26,951 nucleotides of DNA from Candidatus Fraserbacteria bacterium (GCA_037442925.1 JBBIPG010000032.1:1-26951), one strand, 5' to 3'. Shown: positions 17,629 to 26,828, counted from the stretch's first letter. A program made the numbers and translations. The notes: a model not told the origin generated them from the letters alone.

Positions 17629-18726
17629 ATGCGCAAACCTCACCCGGAGCCCCCAGGAAGTCCGGCAAGAGCGGAGATCCAAGTCACGGAAGTTCAGAGT
17701 CCCATAGTGCCTCCAGAGGGAGGTCCTCTACCTTCCGGCGAATGGCAGAAATTCAAAGGCGCTCAGTCGACCTGGTGGCCAGGGCTTGTGAAACAGACGA
17801 AGCGCTTCCTGCACAACCCGCTGTCCTGCACGGGGATCATCTTGATCCTCTTCTTCGCCCTGGTTGCCGTTTTCGCCCCTTGGCTTGCTCCGCCTGACCG
17901 CCCTCGCGAACCATACCGCATGCCACGCGACGGATTCGCCTTGCAACCTCGCCCTCCGCAAGCGGACGCTTGGCAGACCTTCCCACCCGACTGGCACAAG
18001 CACCCCTTCGGAACCATGGAGGGCCAGTACGACATCTATTATGGCATCGTCTGGGGGGCTCGCAACGCCTTTCGCATCGGCGTTGCAGTAGTCGGAATTG
18101 CCGTTGTCATCGGCATCATCGTGGGTAGCCTCTCCGGATACTTTGGCGGCTGGATCGACCAGTTGCTCATGCGCCTTGTAGATATCTTGCTCTCGTTTCC
18201 CACGATCATTTTGGCTATCGTCTTGGTCACGGTCTTGACGAACCCTGGCGTGAAACTCTTTGGGATGTCGTTTGATCGGCTTACGGCTCTCATCATCGCC
18301 TTCACGTTCACACAGTGGCTGTCCTATGCCCGTCTTGTCCGCGGGGACATCTTGTCCGTGAAGGAGAAGGAGTTCACCCAAGCGGCCCAGGCCATCGGTG
18401 CAGGCCACCTGCGCATTATCATCAAGCACATTCTCCCCAACTCGATTTATCCGGTGCTGATTGCCGCCTCCTTGGATATTGGCTCCGTCGTACTATCCGT
18501 GGCTGCGCTGAGCTTCTTGGGATTGGGGCCAGGAACGGACTTTGCCGACTGGGGCCAGATCATCAGCTACTCGCGCGAGTGGATCTTGGGAGCACATGGC
18601 AATCCCTTCCATTACTGGTATGTGATCATCATTCCCAGTGCGGCCATCACGCTCTTCGTGCTGGCCTGGAATTTGCTGGGGGATGCCTTCCGAGATATTC
18701 TCGATCCCAAGCTGAAGGGTCGGTAA
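17629..18726 (+). CDS. oppC: Peptide ABC transporter permease (OppC/DppC-type)
   Basis: HPFGTMEGQYDIYYGIVWGAR, GYFGGWIDQLLMRLVD, EFTQAAQAIGA, HILPN, NLLGDAFRDILDPK. Confidence 0.93.
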   Translation: MRKPHPEPPGSPARAEIQVTEVQSPIVPPEGGPLPSGEWQKFKGAQSTWWPGLVKQTKRFLHNPLSCTGIILILFFALVAVFAPWLAPPDRPREPYRMPRDGFALQPRPPQADAWQTFPPDWHKHPFGTMEGQYDIYYGIVWGARNAFRIGVAVVGIAVVIGIIVGSLSGYFGGWIDQLLMRLVDILLSFPTIILAIVLVTVLTNPGVKLFGMSFDRLTALIIAFTFTQWLSYARLVRGDILSVKEKEFTQAAQAIGAGHLRIIIKHILPNSIYPVLIAASLDIGSVVLSVAALSFLGLGPGTDFADWGQIISYSREWILGAHGNPFHYWYVIIIPSAAITLFVLAWNLLGDAFRDILDPKLKGR

Positions 18727-18741
18727 CTGAGCTGTAGTTTG

Positions 18742-18783
18742 ATGTCGGTTCACGTGGCCGACATTCGAGAGTCCTGCTATCAT
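18742..18783 (+). promoter_or_regulatory. Inverted repeat plus extended -10 upstream of the third substrate-binding gene
   Basis: ATGTCGG...CCGACAT inverted repeat (18742-18764); TGcTATCAT (18775-18783); GGGAGGTG RBS before ATG 18810. Confidence 0.5.
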
Positions 18784-18809
18784 TTCATGAGCAAAGGGAG
18801 GTGTTACCT

Positions 18810-20879
18810 ATGAATGGTAACAGTAATATTCTGCTGATCATCCTAGCGATCGCTGCCGTGGTGGTCCTGGGATTTCTCGCCTTGAAGCCTTCCGCTCCAC
18901 CCGCAACGCCTGAGCAACCGACCCCCGTGGAAAAACCCGCCAAACCGGAAAAACCGACAGAACCACAAAAACCACAAGAAGAGCCACCAGCACCGAGTGA
19001 ACAGCCGACCACGCCCCAGAAACCCGAACAGCCACAACAGCCGACCGTGCAACCCCTGACCGGCTCCATCAAGAACCCCGATACGCTGATCGTTGCGGAT
19101 CTAAGCGATATCGATACTCTCGATCCGCAGTTCGCCTATGATACAGCCAGCGGCGAGATCATCTTCCACGTGTACGACAACTTGATCATGTACGACGGCC
19201 CAAGCACTGAGAAATTCTTGCCCATGCTCGCCACACAGGTCCCCAGCCTCGAGAATGGACTCATCACAGAAAACCCTGATGGCTCGGTCGTCATTCGCTT
19301 TCCCATCCGTCAGGGCATCAAATTCCATAACGGCAATGCTCTCACACCGGAGGATGTCGCCTACAGCTTCCAGCGGCTGATGCTCATGGACCGCAGCGGT
19401 GGCCCAAGCTGGCTGGTGCTCAATCCTCTTCTCAATGTCAACACCATCGCCGACATGGCCAAGGTGATCGAGGCCGAGCGCACAGGCCAGAATGCCGACG
19501 AGATCGACTTTCAAGCCGTGAGCCCTGAGACACTGGTCGCAACCTGCGAGCGCGTCAAACAGGCAGTGCGCGTCAACGGCAATGACGTGGAGTTCTCCCT
19601 GCCGAAGCCCTTCCCGCCCTTTCTGTCCATCGTGGCCCAAAGTGCAAGCTGGGCCGCGATCATCGACAAAGAATGGGCGACCGAACAAGGCGCATGGGAT
19701 GGAAGCTGCGATACCTGGAAAGCACACTACGACCCCCAGAAGGAGAATGACCCCCTCTACGAGAAGATGAACGGCACGGGTCCCTTCATGCTGGAGCGCT
19801 GGGATCACGCCACAGGAGATATCTCGCTCGTGCGCAACGACAACTATTGGCGCGGCCCGGCCAAGCTGGCCCGCATCGTCATCAAGAAGGTCAACGAGTT
19901 CAGTACCCGCAAACTGATGCTTCAAAACGGCGACGCGGATATCGCCGCCATCAATAGAAAATTCGTCGACCAAGTCGACGGCACACCGGGTGTGCGGCTC
20001 ATCAAGGGTCAACTGCGCATGACCTTGGGCTTCGTCCTGTTCAACCAGAAGATCACCAAGGAGGGCAACCCCTATATTGGCAGCGGCCAGCTTGACGGTA
20101 ACGGCATCCCTCCTGACTTCTTCAGCGACATCGACGTGCGCAAGGGTTTTAACTATGCGTTCGACTGGGAGACCTTCATCCGCGAGGCCATCAAGAATGA
20201 AGCCGAACAAGCCAAAGGACCCATCCCGCGAGGAGTTCAGTTCTTCAACCCGGAAAATCCCGTCTATCACCTGGATCTAAAGAAGGCCGAAGAGCACTTC
20301 AAGCGAGCCTGGGATGGTCAGCTCTGGCAGAAGGGATTTAAATTTACAGCTCCCTATCTGGTAGACGACCAAGCCTCCAAGACCCTCTTTGAAATACTGA
20401 AGCGCAACCTCCAGAAGCTCAATCCCAAGTTCGACATCGAAACCGTCAATCTCGAATGGTCCGCTCTGCTTGGCCAAAGCGTGAAGGGAACTCTGCCCGT
20501 CTACTCCGCCGGATGGCTGGAGGACTATCACGATGCGCACAACTGGGTCTTCCCGCTCATGCATAGCCAAGGGACCTACGCAACCGCCACGAACATGGGG
20601 ACCCAGTACGATGCCCTCATTGACCGAGGCATCAAGGAGCTGGACCCGACAAAACGCCAAGAGATCTACTACGAACTGCAGCGTCTGGCCTATGAAGATG
20701 CTATCGCCATCTTCACCGATCAACCGTTGGGACGCCACTACCAGCAACGCTGGGTGGACGGCTACTACTTCAACCCCATCTGGCCGGGGCGCAATTTCTA
20801 CCCCCTGTCCAAACGACTCGATGCCAAGCCCTATATGGAGTACGTCACCCAACTCGGCTTGGTCGTCGAAGAATGGTGA
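18810..20879 (+). CDS. ABC transporter substrate-binding protein, family 5 (DppA-like), TM anchor plus Pro/Glu/Lys/Gln stalk; paralog of 13206-15293
   Basis: IDTLDPQFAYDTAS, IRQGIKFHNGNALTPEDVAYSFQR, MNGTGPFML, GSGQLDGNGIPPDFFSDIDVRKGF (shared with the paralog). ATG 18810 follows GGAGGTG. Confidence 0.93.
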   Translation: MNGNSNILLIILAIAAVVVLGFLALKPSAPPATPEQPTPVEKPAKPEKPTEPQKPQEEPPAPSEQPTTPQKPEQPQQPTVQPLTGSIKNPDTLIVADLSDIDTLDPQFAYDTASGEIIFHVYDNLIMYDGPSTEKFLPMLATQVPSLENGLITENPDGSVVIRFPIRQGIKFHNGNALTPEDVAYSFQRLMLMDRSGGPSWLVLNPLLNVNTIADMAKVIEAERTGQNADEIDFQAVSPETLVATCERVKQAVRVNGNDVEFSLPKPFPPFLSIVAQSASWAAIIDKEWATEQGAWDGSCDTWKAHYDPQKENDPLYEKMNGTGPFMLERWDHATGDISLVRNDNYWRGPAKLARIVIKKVNEFSTRKLMLQNGDADIAAINRKFVDQVDGTPGVRLIKGQLRMTLGFVLFNQKITKEGNPYIGSGQLDGNGIPPDFFSDIDVRKGFNYAFDWETFIREAIKNEAEQAKGPIPRGVQFFNPENPVYHLDLKKAEEHFKRAWDGQLWQKGFKFTAPYLVDDQASKTLFEILKRNLQKLNPKFDIETVNLEWSALLGQSVKGTLPVYSAGWLEDYHDAHNWVFPLMHSQGTYATATNMGTQYDALIDRGIKELDPTKRQEIYYELQRLAYEDAIAIFTDQPLGRHYQQRWVDGYYFNPIWPGRNFYPLSKRLDAKPYMEYVTQLGLVVEEW

Positions 20880-20885
20880 TGTGGT

Positions 20886-20913
20886 GTAGGGGTACGACAT
20901 GCCGTACCCCTAC
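20886..20913. repeat. GTAG-type REP-like palindrome
   Basis: GTAGGGGTACG-ACATGC-CGTACCCCTAC, a perfect 11-bp stem bounded by GTAG/CTAC, intergenic. Confidence 0.75.
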
Positions 20914-20921
20914 GGATCGCC

Positions 20922-21986
20922 ATGCTCGCCTACATTGCGCGCCGCCTGATGTTCCTGCCCATCATCCTCTTTGGGGTCACGGTGCTGCTCTTCGCGATGC
21001 TCCAGCTTCTCGATCCCTATGAGAGGCTTTCGCTGTATGTGAGAGACCCATCCCAACTGCGCGGCGGTAAAGAGCAGCTCGATCGGCTGATCGAAAAATA
21101 CGGACTCGCCGACCCTCTTTATCTCCAATACGGCCGTTGGGTGAGTAAATTCGTTCAAGGCGATTTCGGATGGTCGGAGACGGCCAAGACCACAGTACTC
21201 AATGGCTTTCTCGGCCGCTTCCCTGCCACCGTGGAGTTGACGCTCTTCGCCATTGGCCCGATTCTCTTCTTTGCCATCTGGTTGGGAGTGATCTCAGCTG
21301 TTCATCACAATCGCTGGATTGACCAGCTCACTCGGGTCATCACCATCTTGGGATACTCGCTGCCGAGCTTCGTGCTCGGGCTGGTCCTGCTGATGGCTTT
21401 CTATGGCTTGCTCTCTCGGCATCTGCCCCCGCTGTTCAGTGGCTGGTTCTCCCCAGGACGCCTGAGCGAATGGGCCCAGCAGATCGTCAGCAGCGAGGGC
21501 TTTCACGCTTACACAAGACTGGTCACGGTGGATGCCCTTCTCAATGGCCAATGGCGCGTCTTCTGGGATGCAGTGGGACATCTCATCTTGCCGGTGATGA
21601 CGCTTTCCTACGTCAACTGGGCGGGGTTTCTGCGCATCATGCGCTCCTCGATGTTAGAGACCCTACGACAAGACTACGTGACGACGGCGCGCGCCAAGGG
21701 AGTCGAAGAACGTCGGGTGATCAAGAAACATGCCCGTCGCAACGCGCTGATCCCCATTGTCACGCTGTCGGGTTTCTTGGTTGTGGGTCTGCTCAGCGGT
21801 GTGGTCATCACGGAGACGATCTTCGGTTATCCGGGGTTGGGTCAATGGGCAGCGCAAGCGGCACTCCAACTGGATGTGCCCTCCGTCTTGGGATTGCTCA
21901 CGTTCGTCACGATTCTCTTCATCGTCGTCAATCTGATCGTCGATCTGCTCTACGCGGTGGTGGACCCGCGGGTCAGGCTGACATGA
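20922..21986 (+). CDS. oppB: Peptide ABC transporter permease (OppB/DppB-type)
   Basis: QDYVTTARAKGV, KHARRNALIP, ETIFGYPGLG, DLLYAVVDPRVRLT. Confidence 0.95.
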   Translation: MLAYIARRLMFLPIILFGVTVLLFAMLQLLDPYERLSLYVRDPSQLRGGKEQLDRLIEKYGLADPLYLQYGRWVSKFVQGDFGWSETAKTTVLNGFLGRFPATVELTLFAIGPILFFAIWLGVISAVHHNRWIDQLTRVITILGYSLPSFVLGLVLLMAFYGLLSRHLPPLFSGWFSPGRLSEWAQQIVSSEGFHAYTRLVTVDALLNGQWRVFWDAVGHLILPVMTLSYVNWAGFLRIMRSSMLETLRQDYVTTARAKGVEERRVIKKHARRNALIPIVTLSGFLVVGLLSGVVITETIFGYPGLGQWAAQAALQLDVPSVLGLLTFVTILFIVVNLIVDLLYAVVDPRVRLT

Positions 21987-23002
21987 ACGCAGCCCGAACG
22001 CCCGCTGCCTTGTGGGCGGCGCTTCAATGGACAACCCAACGCCTACTAGATGCCGTAATGGCCTTCATGCGGGCATTGTGGGACACGCTGAAGCAGCTTC
22101 TTAGAAACCCGCTCTCCACCATCGGGCTCTTGCTCTTGGTCTTCTATGCTCTCATTGCACTGCTGGCTCCCGTACTGGCGCCGCCGGAACGGCCCGCGGC
22201 TCCGTACCAGATCCCTCAGCGGGAGATCGTCCGCCCCTTTCAAGCCCCTCAAGGCAAAGACGTCTTCGAGACGACACCGACGCCTCCCAGTGCCCATCAC
22301 GTCTTGGGAACCACCCAAGACCACTACGATATTTATTACGCTCTCATCTGGGGAGCCCGCAATGCCTTTAAGCTGGGCATCATCATTGTGCTGAGCACGC
22401 TGCTGATCGGGATCGTCGTGGGCGCTATCTCGGCTTACTTTGGCGGCTGGGTGGATGAGATCTTAATGAGAATCGTCGAGATCTTCTTAGTATTCCCGTT
22501 CTTGCTGGCTACGCTTGTGCTGACCACGATTCTGGGCCGAGGGCTCGACAAGATCGTGATTGCGTTCATCGTCTTCGGTTGGCCCGGATATGCCCGCTTT
22601 GTGCGCGGGGAAGTGTTGCACGTGAAAGAGAACACCTATGTCGAGGCCGCGCGGGCGGCGGGCGCGGGCAATCTGCGCGTCATCTTTCGGCATGTGCTTC
22701 CCAACGCGATTTACCCCGTGCTCGTGCTGGCATCACTGGATATCGGCAGCATTGTGCTGTCGGCCTCGGCGCTCTCGTTCTTGGGGTTGATCCCGGAAGG
22801 CTTCGCTGACTGGGGACAGCTGATCGGCTTTTCCCGCAACTGGATCTTAGGGACAGTTCAAAACCCCCTCGAATACTGGTACACGATCGTCTATCCGGGG
22901 CTGGCCATCTCTTTGTTTGTCTTGGGTTGGAACTTGCTCGGCGATGCCGTCCGAGACATCTTCGATCCTAGACTGCGAGGAGCCCGCAGCCGATCCTCCT
23001 AA
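21983..23002 (+). CDS. oppC: Peptide ABC transporter permease (OppC/DppC-type), 339 aa
   Basis: ATG 21983 overlaps the oppB TGA (ATGA); HHVLGTTQDHYDIYYALIWGAR, YVEAARAAGA, HVLPN, NLLGDAVRDIFDPR. The track ORF (start 21470) is over-extended. Confidence 0.93.
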   Translation: MNAARTPAALWAALQWTTQRLLDAVMAFMRALWDTLKQLLRNPLSTIGLLLLVFYALIALLAPVLAPPERPAAPYQIPQREIVRPFQAPQGKDVFETTPTPPSAHHVLGTTQDHYDIYYALIWGARNAFKLGIIIVLSTLLIGIVVGAISAYFGGWVDEILMRIVEIFLVFPFLLATLVLTTILGRGLDKIVIAFIVFGWPGYARFVRGEVLHVKENTYVEAARAAGAGNLRVIFRHVLPNAIYPVLVLASLDIGSIVLSASALSFLGLIPEGFADWGQLIGFSRNWILGTVQNPLEYWYTIVYPGLAISLFVLGWNLLGDAVRDIFDPRLRGARSRSS

Positions 23003-23172
23003 GCTTTCGCCAAGATGTGCGCAAACAAGTGAACTCTGTCCCATCTAGGGGTGGCGGCAGGGCGCACCACCTTCTCACCAGAGTCTTGTGAAGAGCATAC
23101 CGACTCGTCTCGTTCCACGACCAGAGGTCCTTCAGGCGGTAGGTCTTCTCCGTTACAGTGAGGCTTGCAACC

Positions 23173-23892
23173 ATGACCACGAAGATGAATCGCACCTACG
23201 TGTACGGAAGCATCATGCGCATGTCCGCAAATACGGGACAATCTGGAGACAAGCAGCTGGCGCACCAGCTCGAGAGGCACTTCTCCCGCACCCACGGGCG
23301 TACCTACCAGAAGGGTGAGGTCATCTACCAACCCGGCGATGTCGATGACTCGCTCTACTACATTAAATCAGGGAAGGTGAAGCTGGCCTATCTGGATGAG
23401 AGCGGCCGCAAGTTGACTCTGACCATTCTGGGTGAAGGAGAGATCTTCGGGGAGATGGTGTTGATCGGCAAGGATCGACGGGAACTGATGGCCCAAGTTC
23501 TGCAGGAGGCCTTCATCTACGAGATCGAACGGGGCAGATTCTTGGAGCTGCTGCGAGAGCAGCCTGAACTCACTCTCGAAGTCATGGAGCTGTTCGGGCG
23601 GCGCACCCGCGAGATCGAACGAAAGCTCGAAGATCTGGTCTTCAAAGACATCCCCACGCGCCTCTCTCGACAGATCTTGCAACTCATCGAAGAGCATGGC
23701 ATCCAGACCGGCGAAGGCATCCAGATCGATTTCCGGATCACTCACAAAGAGCTGGCGGATCTCATCGGAAGCGCGCGAGAGAACACGACCAGCGCCCTCA
23801 ACCGATTGGCCAAAGAGGGCATTCTCGATAAGAAGCGGTATCGCATCATCGTCAAGGACGAAGCACGCTTGAAAGAAAAGAGCGGAAGTTGA
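23173..23892 (+). CDS. CRP/FNR-family transcriptional regulator
   Basis: cNMP-binding fold (YQKGEVIYQPGD, LYYIKSGKVKL, GEIFGEM..R) and HTH ITHKELADLIGSARENTTSALNRL. No N-terminal Cys cluster, so CRP-like rather than FNR. Start uncertain (23158-23221). Confidence 0.92.
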   Translation: MTTKMNRTYVYGSIMRMSANTGQSGDKQLAHQLERHFSRTHGRTYQKGEVIYQPGDVDDSLYYIKSGKVKLAYLDESGRKLTLTILGEGEIFGEMVLIGKDRRELMAQVLQEAFIYEIERGRFLELLREQPELTLEVMELFGRRTREIERKLEDLVFKDIPTRLSRQILQLIEEHGIQTGEGIQIDFRITHKELADLIGSARENTTSALNRLAKEGILDKKRYRIIVKDEARLKEKSGS

Positions 23893-23926
23893 ACCCCTAG
23901 CAGCACTCGACTAAGATCACTTCGAG

Positions 23927-24142
23927 ATGATCGCACGTCGAGTGCTGCAGGGAGTGATCCGGCTATATCAGTGGTTCTTATCCCCCTTGTTCCCTCCCTC
24001 TTGTCGGTTCTACCCCAGCTGTTCGGAATACGCTCGGCAGGCCGTTGAAAAGCATGGCGCGGTACGAGGTAGTTGGCTCGCCCTCAAACGCTTGCTCCGG
24101 TGTCATCCGTGGCATCCGGGTGGGCCTGATCCGGTCCCCTGA
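23927..24142 (+). CDS. yidD: Membrane protein insertion efficiency factor YidD
   Basis: YQWFLSP...[18 protein letters not shown]...[22 protein letters not shown] is the family signature. Confidence 0.96.
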   Translation: MIARRVLQGVIRLYQWFLSPLFPPSCRFYPSCSEYARQAVEKHGAVRGSWLALKRLLRCHPWHPGGPDPVP

Positions 24143-24169
24143 TATAACTCGCCCATAACCCCTTGGCCT

Positions 24170-24178
24170 TGTTATAAT
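24170..24178 (+). promoter_or_regulatory. Extended -10 promoter of uvrB
   Basis: TGtTATAAT 13 nt upstream of the uvrB ATG, followed by a GAGAGG RBS. Confidence 0.6.
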
Positions 24179-24191
24179 TCCTCGAGAGAGG

Positions 24192-26201
24192 ATGAAGACA
24201 CGTAGCAGCGCGCAGCGCTTTCAGCTCGTTTCCCCGTTCCAGCCCCAGGGCGATCAGCCTAAAGCGATTCGAGAACTCACGGAAGGCCTGGAAGCTGGGC
24301 TGAGATTCCAAACCCTTCTGGGAATCACCGGCTCGGGAAAGACCTACACCATCGCCCACGTCATTCAGAACATCCAACGCCCTACGCTGGTCATATCGCA
24401 CAACAAGACGCTCACCGCCCAGCTCTGCAACGAGTTTCGAGAATTCTTTCCAGACAATGCCGTACACTACTTCGTGAGCTATTATGATTATTACCAGCCC
24501 GAAGCCTACATCCCACAGACGGACACGTACATCGAAAAAGACGCCTCGATCAACGACGAGATTGATCGATTGAGACATGCCGCGACGAGCGCCCTCTTCG
24601 AGCGTCGCGATGTCATCATCGTCGCCAGCGTCTCCTGCATCTATGGGCTAGGCACTCCCGAAGACTATCAAGCCATGACGCTCACCGTGCGACGAGGGGA
24701 CATCAAAGATCGCGATGAGATCTTACGAAGACTCGTTGAGTTGCAGTACGAACGAAACGACATCGGCTTCGGACGTGGGACGTTCCGCGCGCGCGGCGAT
24801 ACCCTCGAACTCATCCCGGCATACAACGAGAACGTCATGCGCATCGAGTTCTTCGGCGATGAGATCGAGCGCATCACGGAGCTGGATGCCATTACGGGCA
24901 AACAGCTGAGTGAGCACGCGAACGTCACGATCTATCCCGCAACTCATTTCATCACAGCCGGCGACAAACTGGAACGAGCGATCACGAGCATTGAAGAGGA
25001 GCTGGAAGAACGACTCACCCACTTTCGCCAGAGTGGGAAGTTACTCGAAGCTCAAAGGCTCGAGCAGCGCACGCGCTATGATCTGGAGATGCTACGCGAA
25101 CTGGGCTATTGCAACGGCATCGAGAATTACTCCAGGCATCTGGCGGGACGTGCGCCGGGGTCTCGTCCCTACACCCTCCTCGACTATTTCCCAGAAGATT
25201 TCTTGATCATCATTGACGAATCACACCAGACGATCCCTCAGCTGCACGGCATGTATAACGGCGATCGCACACGCAAAGAAGTATTGATCGACTACGGCTT
25301 TCGCCTGCCGTCTGCTGCGGACAATCGCCCCCTCAAGTTTGGTGAATTCGAATCGCTTGTCCACCAAGTGATCTTCATGTCCGCTACACCTGGACCCTAC
25401 GAACACGAGAAGAGCCAGAAGATTGTCGAACAGATTGTGCGACCTACAGGACTGGTGGATCCAGAGGTGATTGTGCGTCCCGTCCGGGGTCAGATCGATG
25501 ATCTGATCAGCGAAATTCGGGAGACGACCGAGCGGGGCGAGCGCATCCTCGTCACGACGCTCACCAAGAAGATGGCCGAGGATCTCACGGATTATCTCGT
25601 GGAGCTGGGAATCAGAGCCCGTTATCTGCACTCGGACATCGAAACGCTGGATCGCGTAGATATCCTACGGGATCTTAGATTGGGCGAGTTTGATGTGCTT
25701 GTGGGCATTAATTTGCTACGAGAAGGGCTTGATCTTCCCGAAGTTTCGCTGGTCGCAATTCTGGACGCCGACAAAGAGGGTTTTCTTAGATCTGAGACAT
25801 CGCTCATTCAGACCATTGGGCGGGCAGCCCGCAACGTGCGTGGCAAAGTTGTGTTGTACGCCGATGAAGTGACTGGCTCGATGCAGCGTGCGTTGAAAGA
25901 AACGGAGCGCCGCCGCCGGATTCAGATCGAGTACAACGCAAGACACGGCATCACACCGGAGACGATCAAAAAAGCCATCAAGGAATTCATGCCGGAGCTG
26001 CAGCGCGATAAGAAGATGAAAGACAAAAAAGAGGCACTCAAGAGGAGAGCGGGAGGGCTCGGACCCAAGCAAGTGGTTGATCTCATCAAGCAGTTAGAAG
26101 AAGAGATGTTCGCAGCGGCCAAGAAGCTTGAGTTCGAGAAGGCAGCGAAGTTAAGGGATGAGATCAAAGAGCTGCGTCAGGCGTTGATGGGTTACTCGTA
26201 A
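24192..26201 (+). CDS. uvrB: Excinuclease ABC subunit B
   Basis: [61 protein letters not shown] and a C-terminal UVR domain. Confidence 0.99.
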   Translation: MKTRSSAQRFQLVSPFQPQGDQPKAIRELTEGLEAGLRFQTLLGITGSGKTYTIAHVIQNIQRPTLVISHNKTLTAQLCNEFREFFPDNAVHYFVSYYDYYQPEAYIPQTDTYIEKDASINDEIDRLRHAATSALFERRDVIIVASVSCIYGLGTPEDYQAMTLTVRRGDIKDRDEILRRLVELQYERNDIGFGRGTFRARGDTLELIPAYNENVMRIEFFGDEIERITELDAITGKQLSEHANVTIYPATHFITAGDKLERAITSIEEELEERLTHFRQSGKLLEAQRLEQRTRYDLEMLRELGYCNGIENYSRHLAGRAPGSRPYTLLDYFPEDFLIIIDESHQTIPQLHGMYNGDRTRKEVLIDYGFRLPSAADNRPLKFGEFESLVHQVIFMSATPGPYEHEKSQKIVEQIVRPTGLVDPEVIVRPVRGQIDDLISEIRETTERGERILVTTLTKKMAEDLTDYLVELGIRARYLHSDIETLDRVDILRDLRLGEFDVLVGINLLREGLDLPEVSLVAILDADKEGFLRSETSLIQTIGRAARNVRGKVVLYADEVTGSMQRALKETERRRRIQIEYNARHGITPETIKKAIKEFMPELQRDKKMKDKKEALKRRAGGLGPKQVVDLIKQLEEEMFAAAKKLEFEKAAKLRDEIKELRQALMGYS

Positions 26202-26212
26202 GGAATTACGAG

Positions 26213-26256
26213 AAAAAGCCCATCGCGCCCCAGGACCGTGCCTGAAGCGCGATGGC
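26213..26256 (-). terminator. Rho-independent terminator for the convergent minus-strand unit
   Basis: CCATCGCGC (26220-26228) / GCGCGATGG (26247-26255) with an inner CAGG/CCTG stem. The AAAAA on the left reads as a U-tract on the minus strand. Confidence 0.7.
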
Positions 26257-26332
26257 ACATACCCACGTGAATCCCCACTTCTGAATCTTGAATCATTGTG
26301 AGGATCACCTCGCTTTCCAAGTTATAGCTGAT

Positions 26333-26542
26333 TTACAACACCGGCCGTTCGAACTGTTTGAGCCGACTTCCCAACGCGACCAAAAGATCTCCCAACGCGG
26401 CCGCCAGCCTTTGATGCCATCGCCGGCCAGAGGGACGTCGCTGGCCCTGCCCGAGCAGGCGCCACTCCTCAGCTTCCTTCAACAATTTCTGATGCCGAAG
26501 CTGCTGGAGCGCCTGCCACAACGCAGGATGGTCGTGGCCCAT
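26333..26542 (-). CDS. Small basic helical hypothetical protein, 69 aa
   Basis: MGHDHPALWQALQQLRHQKLLKEAEEWRLL...LAAALGDLLVALGSRLK; AAAGGGGGTG RBS; lies between a strong promoter and a terminator. Confidence 0.65.
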   Translation of the reverse strand: MGHDHPALWQALQQLRHQKLLKEAEEWRLLGQGQRRPSGRRWHQRLAAALGDLLVALGSRLKQFERPVL

Positions 26543-26666
26543 GCGGATGATTACACCCCCTTTCACAAAACCGACGGAACGTATGACCTCGCAAACGAAC
26601 ACGCGGACTTGCTCTTAATGGATTTGGGAATGTACCGATGAAGTGGTCAGCTGCAGGCCCGTCCGG

Positions 26667-26756
26667 TCAGCGGACACGCACCTCAGCTGTTGTAGAGCGC
26701 AGGTCCCATAGACCGTAGGCCCACATCTGCACTTCCACGCGTAGCATCTTAATCAT
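26667..26756 (-). CDS. Candidate 29-aa leader or small peptide MIKMLRVEVQMWAYGLWDLRSTTAEVRVR
   Basis: GGAGGT RBS at 26771-26766, just downstream of a near-consensus promoter; below the ORF-track cutoff. Confidence 0.4.
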   Translation of the reverse strand: MIKMLRVEVQMWAYGLWDLRSTTAEVRVR

Positions 26757-26790
26757 GTCGCATCGACCTCCGGACTTTGGGATGAAAAGA

Positions 26791-26819
26791 ACTATAACAC
26801 GAGTGAGCGCTCTTGTCAA
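26791..26819 (-). promoter_or_regulatory. Strong sigma70-type promoter
   Basis: TTGACA (26819-26814), 17 nt, TATAGT (26796-26791), with an extended TG. Confidence 0.8.
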
Positions 26820-26828
26820 GACCCCGAA

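Noticed and set aside
21470..21982. N-terminal extension making OppC 510 aa
   Set aside because: It overlaps oppB out of frame; the ATGA-coupled start at 21983 gives a normal-sized OppC.
26288..26641. 117-aa plus-strand ORF
   Set aside because: No RBS; it is antisense to the ORF that has promoter, RBS and terminator support.
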